Assembly: GCA_963590075.1 (NCBI GenBank)
Contig: CAVANK010000001.1
Coordinates: 5,394 to 69,393, forward strand
From: Eshraghiella crossota
GTDB lineage: Bacteria > Bacillota > Clostridia > Christensenellales > CAG-917
Direction: 5' to 3'
DNA length: 64,000 nt
Shown piece after piece: positions 20,036-26,706 of the stretch. The position numbers and the translations under genes are program-made. Position 1 is the stretch's first letter, and each line of letters begins with the position of its first letter. The notes under the pieces were generated by a model. The model was not told the origin of the DNA. It did not search any database and saw only the letters and a program-made list of their open reading frames with translations.

Positions 20036-20100
20036 AGCACAATTATAACAATCGGTCGCGTATTTGTAAAGACTACGACAAATTATTCATATAGTAAATT

Positions 20101-20769
20101 GTGCGCAAGTCCAAAAAACTCAACGGCGTAAAGCCAAAAATATTCCGAGTTGTGATAGCGATAACGGGATTTATCGCGATTTTTATATTCTGCACAGTGT
20201 ATTTTAGGGCAAATATCGTGCCTACGGTTATGGACAGTTCCGTCGCGCAAATGAGAGCGATTACCACCAACGCCGTCAATATCGCGGCAACGAGTGTGCT
20301 AAACGACGGACTTACCTACGACCAATTGTTCGAGATAGAAAAAGACAAAGACGGCAAAATCGCTATGATAAAAGCCAATTCTCCGCAAATCAACAAAATC
20401 GCGCGCGAAATTGCCAATTTGGCACAAGCCAATCTCGATAGTCTCGGCACGCAAGAAATTCAAATATCCGCGGGCACTTTTACGGGACTTGCACTGCTTA
20501 TGGGATTCGGTCCTAGCGTAACCATAAAAATCACGCCGATCGGCACCGCAACGTGCGATTTCGTGTCCTATTTTCAGTCCGCGGGCATCAATCAAACCTT
20601 GCATAAAATCTACATCGACGTATACGCGGACGTGAGCATAGTCACCCCTATCGACCAACCGACCATTCAAGTCAAAGCCGAAGTTCTCGTGTGCGAAAAT
20701 ATGATAGTCGGTGAAATCCCCGACACCTTTTTGAATATGAAAAGTTTGAGCGAGATGTATCCCTTGTAA
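20101..20769 (+). CDS. yunB: sporulation protein YunB
   Basis: 222 aa, N-terminal TM then YunB-type pattern (KDGKIAMIKANSPQINKI...GPSVTIKITPIG...VCENMIVGEIP). GTG start, no clear RBS. Confidence 0.75.
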   Translation: MRKSKKLNGVKPKIFRVVIAITGFIAIFIFCTVYFRANIVPTVMDSSVAQMRAITTNAVNIAATSVLNDGLTYDQLFEIEKDKDGKIAMIKANSPQINKIAREIANLAQANLDSLGTQEIQISAGTFTGLALLMGFGPSVTIKITPIGTATCDFVSYFQSAGINQTLHKIYIDVYADVSIVTPIDQPTIQVKAEVLVCENMIVGEIPDTFLNMKSLSEMYPL

Positions 20770-20775
20770 ATAATT

Positions 20776-21147
20776 TTATATTTTTTTAGTGCGCGAACGG
20801 GAGATAAGCCCGAAGACGAATCCGCAAACTATTACGGTGGTCAAGCCCGCCGATACCGCCGTCATTCCGCCCGTGATTGCGCCCAAAAATCCGTCCTTTT
20901 GCATGCCTTCGAGTGCGCCTTTGGCAAGGTTAGAGCCAAAACCCATAATGGGTATCGTCACGCCCGAACCCGCAAATTCCTTCATCGGTTCAAACGCTCC
21001 GCATACTTCCAGCACCACGCCTACGAGCATATACGTCACGAGTATACGTGCCGAGGACATTCTTGTTTTGTTGATGAGTATTTGTCCGAGCATACACACG
21101 AGACCGCCCACGGCAAACACTTTGAGATAATCGAGAAATATATCCAT
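20776..21147 (-). CDS. spoVAE: stage V sporulation protein AE
   Basis: 123 aa membrane protein, SpoVAE-like (GSGVTIPIMGFGSNLAKG). Confidence 0.85.
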   Translation of the reverse strand: MDIFLDYLKVFAVGGLVCMLGQILINKTRMSSARILVTYMLVGVVLEVCGAFEPMKEFAGSGVTIPIMGFGSNLAKGALEGMQKDGFLGAITGGMTAVSAGLTTVIVCGFVFGLISRSRTKKI

Positions 21148-21239
21148 AATTCACCTTATTTTGCTATTTTTTCCCAACTAGATTTCTGCATTTCATTATA
21201 TCTCTAACAAAAGTTTATAGCATTTACCCAAAAATCCAA

Positions 21240-21323
21240 TCTTCCTTATGTCATTGCGAGCGCAAGCGTGGCAGTAGACAATGGACTTGTGAGTTGTCTT
21301 TGCCATAGCGACGACTTTTGCTC
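21240..21323. repeat. mosaic intergenic repeat, locus B (modules shared with 23200-23680)
   Basis: CCTTATGTCATTGCGAG is the reverse complement of 23541-23557. The 50-nt module at 21266-21315 is the reverse complement (~85% by eye) of 23214-23263. Confidence 0.8.
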
Positions 21324-21373
21324 AATATCACTTGTGCTAGCACAAATATCACTGCACGAAGTGCAATATCACT
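21324..21373. repeat. array of 3 x AATATCACT separated by two unrelated perfect mini-hairpins
   Basis: AATATCACT-TGTGC.TA.GCACA-AATATCACT-GCAC.GAA.GTGC-AATATCACT. The last copy overlaps the spoVAD stop codon. Confidence 0.85.
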
Positions 21374-22565
21374 ATAACAATTGCTCAATCTCCAACGTTA
21401 CGGCATGCGCAATACCGGGGATCGTTTCCTTTTGAAGAGGCGTATCTTTGTTGAGCAATGCGCCCGTGGGCACGATAAGCACCCTTTTGAGTTCTCCGCG
21501 TTGCATTTTTTTGAGAATATAGCCGTTGAAAGCGGTATTTACGCACCCCGCACCCGATCCGCCTTGATACGTTTTTTGTTCGGGTGTAAAATAACTTGCA
21601 CCGCAATCCATATAGTATTTGGGCAAAATATACCCTTCTTTGGACAGCAAATATTCAAGCGTTTGCTTGCCGAAACGCCCCAAATCTCCCGTAAATATGC
21701 CGTCGTAATAGTCAAAGGAGCGTCCGCTTTCTTTGAAATGCGTAAGAATAGTATCGCAAGCGGCGGGAGCCATTGCCGCGCCCATATTTGCCTCGTCGTC
21801 TATACCGAGGTCTACGACTCGACCGAGCGTTCCGCCCGTGACTTTGACGCAGTAGGCGTTGGGTTTGAGATAGTCGTTGTTTTCCTTTTCAAAGTTGCTT
21901 TCTATGATATTTGACTTCTCTTTATTGATGATTTTCTTTTGTTTTTCAATGCTTTTCTTATATTTTTGGAGCGTTTTTTCGTCGATATTCATACCCTCGT
22001 CAATGGCAATGATATCGTCCTCGTACACTCTTTCGTTGATAAGCCTAGGTTTTTGACTGCTCAAAACAGTGCATCCCGCGCCCGTAACAGTCCATTGCGC
22101 GGTAGGCGTGCGTTGATTGCCGAGTTCAAGCGGAAAACGATATTGTCTTTCCGCCGAAGCAAAGTGGCTTGACGTCGAACATGTCACGTTATCGGCATAT
22201 CCGCCCGATATGAGCATTGCGCCGACGATTAAACTTTCGCTAAAAGTAGAGCAAGCGTTGTATAGTCCTAAAAACGCCGACGGAAAATTGCGCGCGGCAA
22301 GCGACGTTGCGGTCAATTCGTTGAGCAAGTCCCCGCCTAGCATTATGTCGATATCCTCTCTTTTAAGTCCCGCTTTTTTGATTGCACCGCTTACGGCGTC
22401 TCGTTGCATCTTGCTTTCGCACTTCTCGTAGGACTTTTCGCACCACAAATCGTTGTCGAGCACGATATCGAAACAATTGCCGAAATTGCCGTCACCCTCT
22501 TTCGGACCTACGATGGTAAATCCGCTCTTTATATACACGGGTTTTGAAATCTCAAAAGTTCGCAT
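21372..22565 (-). CDS. spoVAD: stage V sporulation protein AD (thiolase-like), with internal K/E/N-rich insert
   Basis: SpoVAD N-terminus (SGFTIVGPKEGDG). Start trimmed to the ATG at 22565, 9 nt after the spoVAC stop; the ORF track extends to 22667. Confidence 0.9.
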   Translation of the reverse strand: MRTFEISKPVYIKSGFTIVGPKEGDGNFGNCFDIVLDNDLWCEKSYEKCESKMQRDAVSGAIKKAGLKREDIDIMLGGDLLNELTATSLAARNFPSAFLGLYNACSTFSESLIVGAMLISGGYADNVTCSTSSHFASAERQYRFPLELGNQRTPTAQWTVTGAGCTVLSSQKPRLINERVYEDDIIAIDEGMNIDEKTLQKYKKSIEKQKKIINKEKSNIIESNFEKENNDYLKPNAYCVKVTGGTLGRVVDLGIDDEANMGAAMAPAACDTILTHFKESGRSFDYYDGIFTGDLGRFGKQTLEYLLSKEGYILPKYYMDCGASYFTPEQKTYQGGSGAGCVNTAFNGYILKKMQRGELKRVLIVPTGALLNKDTPLQKETIPGIAHAVTLEIEQLL

Positions 22566-22573
22566 TTTGCACC

Positions 22574-23014
22574 TCACATCACAAAATAGCCGATAAAGCC
22601 GACCACAAAACTTGCCACCTCGCCGAAAACGATAATAGGACCTGCGATGACGAACATCTTTGCGCATACACCGAAGAACACACCCTCACGGTTGTATTCC
22701 ATTGCGGGTGAAACCACGGAGTTTGCAAATCCCGTGATGGGGATAATCGAGCCACCGCCCGCGAAATGCCCCAGTTTGTCGTAAAATCCGAGCGCGGTGA
22801 AAAGGCTCCCGAGGAAAATCATTACGCAACTTTCCCACGTCGCGACGTCCTTTTTGCTCATATCCTCAAAAATGAGTTTGACGATATCTCCCACGCCCTC
22901 ACCGATACAACAAATAATTCCGCCCACGAGAAAAGCGGCGAACAGCGTGCGCACCATAGGAGACTTGGGAGCGTTGTCTTTTACGTACTTTTGATACTCT
23001 TTCCTATCTAACAT
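22574..23014 (-). CDS. spoVAC: stage V sporulation protein AC
   Basis: 146 aa, 4-TM SpoVAC pattern (GGSIIPITGFANSV). AGGA RBS. Confidence 0.9.
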   Translation of the reverse strand: MLDRKEYQKYVKDNAPKSPMVRTLFAAFLVGGIICCIGEGVGDIVKLIFEDMSKKDVATWESCVMIFLGSLFTALGFYDKLGHFAGGGSIIPITGFANSVVSPAMEYNREGVFFGVCAKMFVIAGPIIVFGEVASFVVGFIGYFVM

Positions 23015-23204
23015 ACATCGTCCTTTTTTGCGCCCTTATCGACCTTTTTAGCGGAATTTTCAACGTCGAAAAGAAGGTCTTGCCTTACCCCCTCAACGTT
23101 GGGATTATTCTTGAAATAAACCTCTTTATCTTCGACGTTTTTGGAAAAGAGCGCGTCCATACGGCATAATATTTGCCACAAATCGCGCTTTTTAATCATC
23201 TAAA

Positions 23205-23580
23205 CGAACAAATGACGTCGCTGTGGAAAAGACAACTCACCAGTTCATTGTCTAACGCCACGCTAGCCTTATTGTTCTTAACCAAGCAACCAGTTGCTCA
23301 AACGGCATCGCGGTGATGACAACAAACGCATTTGTTGCCATAAACCGCATTTGTTCTCGCAACTACTACCGCACAGCCAATCTTCGCTATCAGTTCAAGC
23401 AGGAATAAATAATCTTTCCACAGTTTCGCAAGATTGTCTGTTTGGTGTGAATTGGATAAAAACTTAATCCACAGTTTCGCTATATCGCTTGCTTGGTGTG
23501 TGCGCCTTCGGCTAGATTGCCACGTCGCAATATTCATTGCTCCTCGCAATGACATAAGGAAGATTGAAATATTCCGCAAC
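23205..23580. repeat. mosaic intergenic repeat, locus C (between sigF and spoVAC)
   Basis: Shares modules with loci B, D, E, F and G (see findings). Has an internal duplication of CCACAGTTTCGC...TTGGTG. Many short perfect hairpins. Confidence 0.8.
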
Positions 23581-23675
23581 TTGCGCCGACGGCGCAAATA
23601 TCACTTTTAGCCTTAGGCTAAAAATATCACTGTTGCGGTAGCAACAATATCACTTGCCGAATGGCAAATATCACT
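23581..23675. repeat. array of 4 hairpin + (A)ATATCACT units
   Basis: TTGCGCC.GAC.GGCGCAA-ATATCACT, TTTAGCC.TTA.GGCTAAA-AATATCACT, GTTGC.GGTA.GCAAC-AATATCACT, TGCC.GAAT.GGCA-AATATCACT. The array ends 6 nt from the sigF stop codon. Confidence 0.85.
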
Positions 23676-23681
23676 CTTAAT

Positions 23682-24398
23682 TTATTCTTGACTTAACTTT
23701 TCCTTCAACTTTTGCAACACTTTGCCCTCTATTCTGCTCACTTGCACTTGCGATACGCCAAGTTCCGTTGCAATCTCACTTTGCGTTTTGTCTCTGAAAT
23801 AGCGCATAATTATCACTTTTTTCTCACGCGGCGGAAGTTCCTTTATAAAATCGCGGAGCATAATCTTGTCCAAATCCTCGTCGGGAGAATTGTCTCCGAC
23901 GATTTTATCCCCGATTTGCCCCTCGTCGTCTCCGATTGGTTGCGACAAGGATATCAGATAATGCGTAGCATCCATTGCAAACACCACTTCTTGCGCCTCT
24001 ACGCCGAGTTCCGCGGCGATTTGCTCAACGTCGGGTTCGGGTTTTCCCGCCTTTACGGTCTCGTCGATATACACGTTTATGCGCATTGCAAGCGTTTTCG
24101 TCCATCTCGACACCTTGATTGCTCCGTCGTCGCGCAGAAAACGCTTGATTTCACCGCTTATCATGGGAACGGCGTACGTTGAAAATCTGACGCCGTACTC
24201 GACGTCAAAATTTTGCACCGCTTTGACGAGCCCCATCGCGCCCAACTGCATCAAATCGTCGTATTCCAAGCGCCCCTTAAAACGCTTTACGATAGATTTT
24301 ATAAGCGGAATATTTTCTTCTATCAATTTCTCTTTGGCGTCGTCGTCACCCTCTCTTGCGCGCTTGATAAGCGCAACGGTGGTTTGATGGTCTAACAT
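23682..24398 (-). CDS. sigF: RNA polymerase sporulation sigma factor SigF
   Basis: Sigma-70 regions 2-4 (FSTYAVPMISGEIKRFLRDDG, GVSQVQVSRIE). Third gene of the spoIIA operon. The start at 24398 is preferred over the ORF-track start at 24428. Confidence 0.9.
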   Translation of the reverse strand: MLDHQTTVALIKRAREGDDDAKEKLIEENIPLIKSIVKRFKGRLEYDDLMQLGAMGLVKAVQNFDVEYGVRFSTYAVPMISGEIKRFLRDDGAIKVSRWTKTLAMRINVYIDETVKAGKPEPDVEQIAAELGVEAQEVVFAMDATHYLISLSQPIGDDEGQIGDKIVGDNSPDEDLDKIMLRDFIKELPPREKKVIIMRYFRDKTQSEIATELGVSQVQVSRIEGKVLQKLKEKLSQE

Positions 24399-24817
24399 CC
24401 CTTTATAACCTTTTTCATACGCACGCACGTGCCTTCACCGACGGCTGAAGTTACGCTCATCTCGTCCATAAATGTCTCGATTATGGTAAATCCCATACCG
24501 CTACGCTCTTCGTCGGGCGCGGTGGTGAAAAACGGCTCGATTGCCTCTTTTACGTCGGCAATACCCTTTCCGAAGTCACGCACGACTACTTCAAGCACGT
24601 TATCTTCCGTTTTGCACTCGATTTGCACTACGCCGTCGCTACCCGAGTATGCATGCACGACGCAGTTGGTAACCGCTTCGCTAACGGCAGTCTTAATATC
24701 GTTGATTTCCTCTATCGTCGGGTTGCACTGCACCGCAAAACTCGCAACGACGTTTCGCGCAAACGCCTCGTTCTCGCTTGTGGCAAGCAATTTCATATCA
24801 AAATAGTTCATACTCAC
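24392..24817 (-). CDS. spoIIAB: anti-sigma F factor (serine kinase) SpoIIAB
   Basis: 141 aa, HATPase_c motifs (EAVTNCVVHAY, DFGKGI, SGMGFTI). Confidence 0.9.
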   Translation of the reverse strand: MSMNYFDMKLLATSENEAFARNVVASFAVQCNPTIEEINDIKTAVSEAVTNCVVHAYSGSDGVVQIECKTEDNVLEVVVRDFGKGIADVKEAIEPFFTTAPDEERSGMGFTIIETFMDEMSVTSAVGEGTCVRMKKVIKGC

Positions 24818-24820
24818 TCC

Positions 24821-25132
24821 TTATTCCGCAATAGGCACAAACCTATATATTCCGCTTGTGCTAAACACTTTGTCGACGGGCTTCGAAACGTTTGCAAGCA
24901 AAAGTTCCGCTCGTTTTGCTTTGAGTTTTTTATATCTTCCTATCACAAACCCAAGCCCCGTACTGTCTATAAAACTTACGTCGCTCATATCGAACGTCAC
25001 GCATTTAAGCCCGCGCGCATTGTCGATAATCTCGTCAATCTCGTCGCGCACGCCCTTTACGCTGTGCTCGTCCATTTCACCGTGAAAGACGATAAGCAAG
25101 TTTCCTTTTTCGTTTTTCAAGTTGATATTCAT
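24821..25132 (-). CDS. spoIIAA: anti-sigma F factor antagonist SpoIIAA (STAS)
   Basis: STAS domain with the phosphorylatable DSTGLG motif. Start trimmed to the ATG at 25132 (GGAGG RBS). Confidence 0.85.
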   Translation of the reverse strand: MNINLKNEKGNLLIVFHGEMDEHSVKGVRDEIDEIIDNARGLKCVTFDMSDVSFIDSTGLGFVIGRYKKLKAKRAELLLANVSKPVDKVFSTSGIYRFVPIAE

Positions 25133-25216
25133 ATCCGCCTCCGAAAAAAGGATAAACCGCACAAAGTTGCACAAAACGGCGTGTTTTGGCGCAAAAGACC
25201 GATAATAAAAAAAATA

Positions 25217-25223
25217 TGTCGAA
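25217..25223 (+). promoter_or_regulatory. candidate Spo0A box upstream of the spoIIA operon
   Basis: Exact TGTCGAA heptamer ~85-91 nt upstream of the spoIIAA ATG. A single site with no supporting sigma-H motifs recognised. Confidence 0.3.
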
Positions 25224-25251
25224 AATTTCTAAAAATCTCTTAAAAAAATCA

Positions 25252-25280
25252 TTGACAACGCCCAAAAATTATTGTATATT
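25252..25280 (+). promoter_or_regulatory. sigma-A-type promoter of the tRNA operon
   Basis: TTGACA (25252-25257), 17-nt spacer, TATATT (25275-25280), ~45 nt upstream of tRNA-Pro. Confidence 0.6.
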
Positions 25281-25325
25281 GTGAAAGTCGCAAACGAACA
25301 GCGATGCTTTCGATAGCGATGCTGT

Positions 25326-25403
25326 CGGGGTGTAGCGCAGTTTGGCTAGCGCGTCTGATTTGGGTTCAGAAGGTCGGGAGTTCGAATCTCTTCACCCCGA
25401 CCA
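25326..25403 (+). tRNA. tRNA-Pro (anticodon TGG)
   Basis: Cloverleaf read by eye: acceptor CGGGGTG/CACCCCG, anticodon loop TTTGGGT, T-loop GGTTCGAAT-like, encoded CCA. Confidence 0.9.
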
Positions 25404-25428
25404 CGAACACACTCACACACGATGATTC

Positions 25429-25505
25429 GGGCCTTTAGCTCAGTTGGTTAGAGCAGTCGGCTCATAACCGATCGGTCCGCGGTTCGAGTCCGTGAAGGCC
25501 CACCA
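25429..25505 (+). tRNA. tRNA with CAT anticodon (elongator Met or lysidine-modified Ile2)
   Basis: Acceptor GGGCCTT/AAGGCCC, anticodon loop CTCATAA, encoded CCA. I cannot distinguish Met from Ile2 by eye. Confidence 0.85.
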
Positions 25506-25524
25506 TAAATAAAAAAATTTGTTT

Positions 25525-25601
25525 GGCCCGGTAGTACAGTTGGTTAGTACGCCAGCCTGTCACGCTGGAGGTCAGGGGTTCGAGCCCCCTCCGGGTCGCC
25601 A
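25525..25601 (+). tRNA. tRNA-Asp (anticodon GTC)
   Basis: Acceptor GGCCCGG/CCGGGTC, anticodon loop CTGTCAC, encoded CCA. Confidence 0.9.
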
Positions 25602-25606
25602 TCCAA

Positions 25607-25640
25607 ATATGTGGCAGTGACAACCGTCACTGCCATATAT
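25607..25640 (+). other. strong hairpin in the spacer between tRNA-Asp and tRNA-Phe
   Basis: TGGCAGTGAC-AACC-GTCACTGCCA extended by A/T pairs. No T-run follows. Confidence 0.6.
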
Positions 25641-25677
25641 CTAAAAAAGGGATTTCTTCCCTACCAAGCTTTTATAT

Positions 25678-25753
25678 GCCTCGGTAGCTCAGGTGGTAGA
25701 GCAAGGGACTGAAAATCCCTGTGTCGGTGGTTCGAGTCCGCCCCGAGGCACCA
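25678..25753 (+). tRNA. tRNA-Phe (anticodon GAA)
   Basis: Acceptor GCCTCGG/CCGAGGC, anticodon loop CTGAAAA, encoded CCA. Confidence 0.9.
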
Positions 25754-25765
25754 ACAACTGAATAC

Positions 25766-25841
25766 GCTGGTGTAGCTCAATAGGCAGAGCAACTGATTTG
25801 TAATCAGTAGGTTGTTGGTTCGATTCCGATCACCAGCTCCA
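25766..25841 (+). tRNA. tRNA-Thr (anticodon TGT)
   Basis: Acceptor GCTGGTG/CACCAGC, anticodon loop TTTGTAA, encoded CCA. Confidence 0.9.
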
Positions 25842-25844
25842 TAC

Positions 25845-25929
<85 letters not shown>

Positions 25930-25931
25930 AG

Positions 25932-25965
25932 AAAATCCGTGTCGTTTGGCACGGATTTTCCTTTT
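25932..25965 (+). terminator. rho-independent terminator of the tRNA operon
   Basis: AAAATCCGTG / CACGGATTTT stem followed by CCTTTT. Confidence 0.8.
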
Positions 25966-25984
25966 GTCAAATCCTTTGCCTTTC

Positions 25985-26195
25985 GACAGTATTTTTTTGG
26001 TACTACCGCAAGCAAAGAGAGACGCAAGCGCGTAGCATTTGCGGAAATCGTGCGTAGCGGACATAGTAAACAAAAAAGACACGCAGTGTCCCGTGCAACG
26101 CACGGTGTGCGACAGCACTATTTGTTTGCGTAGACGGCACAACAATACCGCAATTTCGCAAGATTGTCTGTTTGGTGCGCCTTACGGCGTATTTT
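25985..26195. repeat. mosaic intergenic repeat, locus D (downstream of the tRNA operon)
   Basis: Starts with TACTACCGCA as in loci C and E. The 24 nt at 26154-26177 are identical to 23424-23447. Confidence 0.7.
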
Positions 26196-26227
26196 TAGGT
26201 GTTCCATATTTTATTACTTAAATATTA

Positions 26228-26258
26228 AAAAAAACACATCGAATTGATGTGCATAAAA
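26228..26258 (-). terminator. strong minus-strand rho-independent terminator with no annotated gene upstream
   Basis: On the minus strand: CACATC-AATTC-GATGTG followed by a run of 8 T. Confidence 0.6.
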
Positions 26259-26545
26259 CAGTTCAACGTTTCTTATTATCAAAGCAATTTATTAGGCGTT
26301 TGTTAAATTCACTTGGTTAGATATACGCTTTTCTTGGTTATGGCGTTTAATGTTTCCATCATTACGATCATCGACGAGGTATAAGCGAGTCGGGCAATCC
26401 GATGCTTATAAACGATAGATAGATTATCGCAAGCAAAGTCCGTACATATATTTCCAACCTTTCGTCGTGGAAATTTTAACATACTTGCACTCGTTTATCA
26501 ATAAGTTAAATAATAAATTTAATGTATCATACCATACGCTTAAGT

Positions 26546-26574
26546 TTGACATTGCGCGCGTATAGGCGCATAAT
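26546..26574 (+). promoter_or_regulatory. sigma-A-type promoter in front of the 40-aa ORF
   Basis: TTGACA (26546-26551), 17 nt, CATAAT (26569-26574). The -10 is part of the inverted repeat CATAATG-TGCG-CATTATG, which includes the ATG. Confidence 0.45.
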
Positions 26575-26583
26575 GTGCGCATT

Positions 26584-26706
26584 ATGAAGGAAAAATTCAC
26601 TGCTCGCTCGCTTATAGGTCTCGGACTTCTCACCGCGGGCATAGGCTTGATAATCTGTTTCATTCTATTATCCCAAAAGCATATCGTCCAACAGTCTGCA
26701 ACTTAA
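26584..26706 (+). CDS. candidate 40-aa hydrophobic peptide (MKEKFTARSLIGLGLLTAGIGLIICFILLSQKHIVQQSAT)
   Basis: Found by hand; it is below the ORF-track cutoff. One predicted TM. A TTGACA-17-CATAAT promoter ends 10 nt before the ATG and there is no SD, so it may be leaderless. Confidence 0.3.
   Translation: MKEKFTARSLIGLGLLTAGIGLIICFILLSQKHIVQQSAT

Noticed and set aside
23008-23199. 63-aa ORF overlapping the spoVAC start by 7 nt
   Set aside because: The overlap suggests coupling, but there is no SD before either possible start. Its 5' end abuts the repeat locus and I recognise no family. The evidence is too weak to annotate.
23298-23597. 99-aa ORF (minus strand) in the sigF-spoVAC spacer
   Set aside because: It is a translation of the mosaic repeat modules (SLRGA..IATWQS-type text). 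It has no RBS and its sequence recurs as non-coding DNA at other loci in both orientations.
21324-23675. The AATATCACT/hairpin arrays as CRISPR arrays
   Set aside because: The repeats are only 9 nt. The 'spacers' are 11-17 nt and each is a perfect palindrome. No cas genes or leader are present, and each array has only 3-4 units. This does not fit CRISPR architecture.
26424-26663. 79-aa minus-strand ORF antisense to the 40-aa peptide ORF
   Set aside because: The SD is weak, the composition is unremarkable and basic, and no domain is recognisable. The minus-strand transcript, if real, is more plausibly non-coding.
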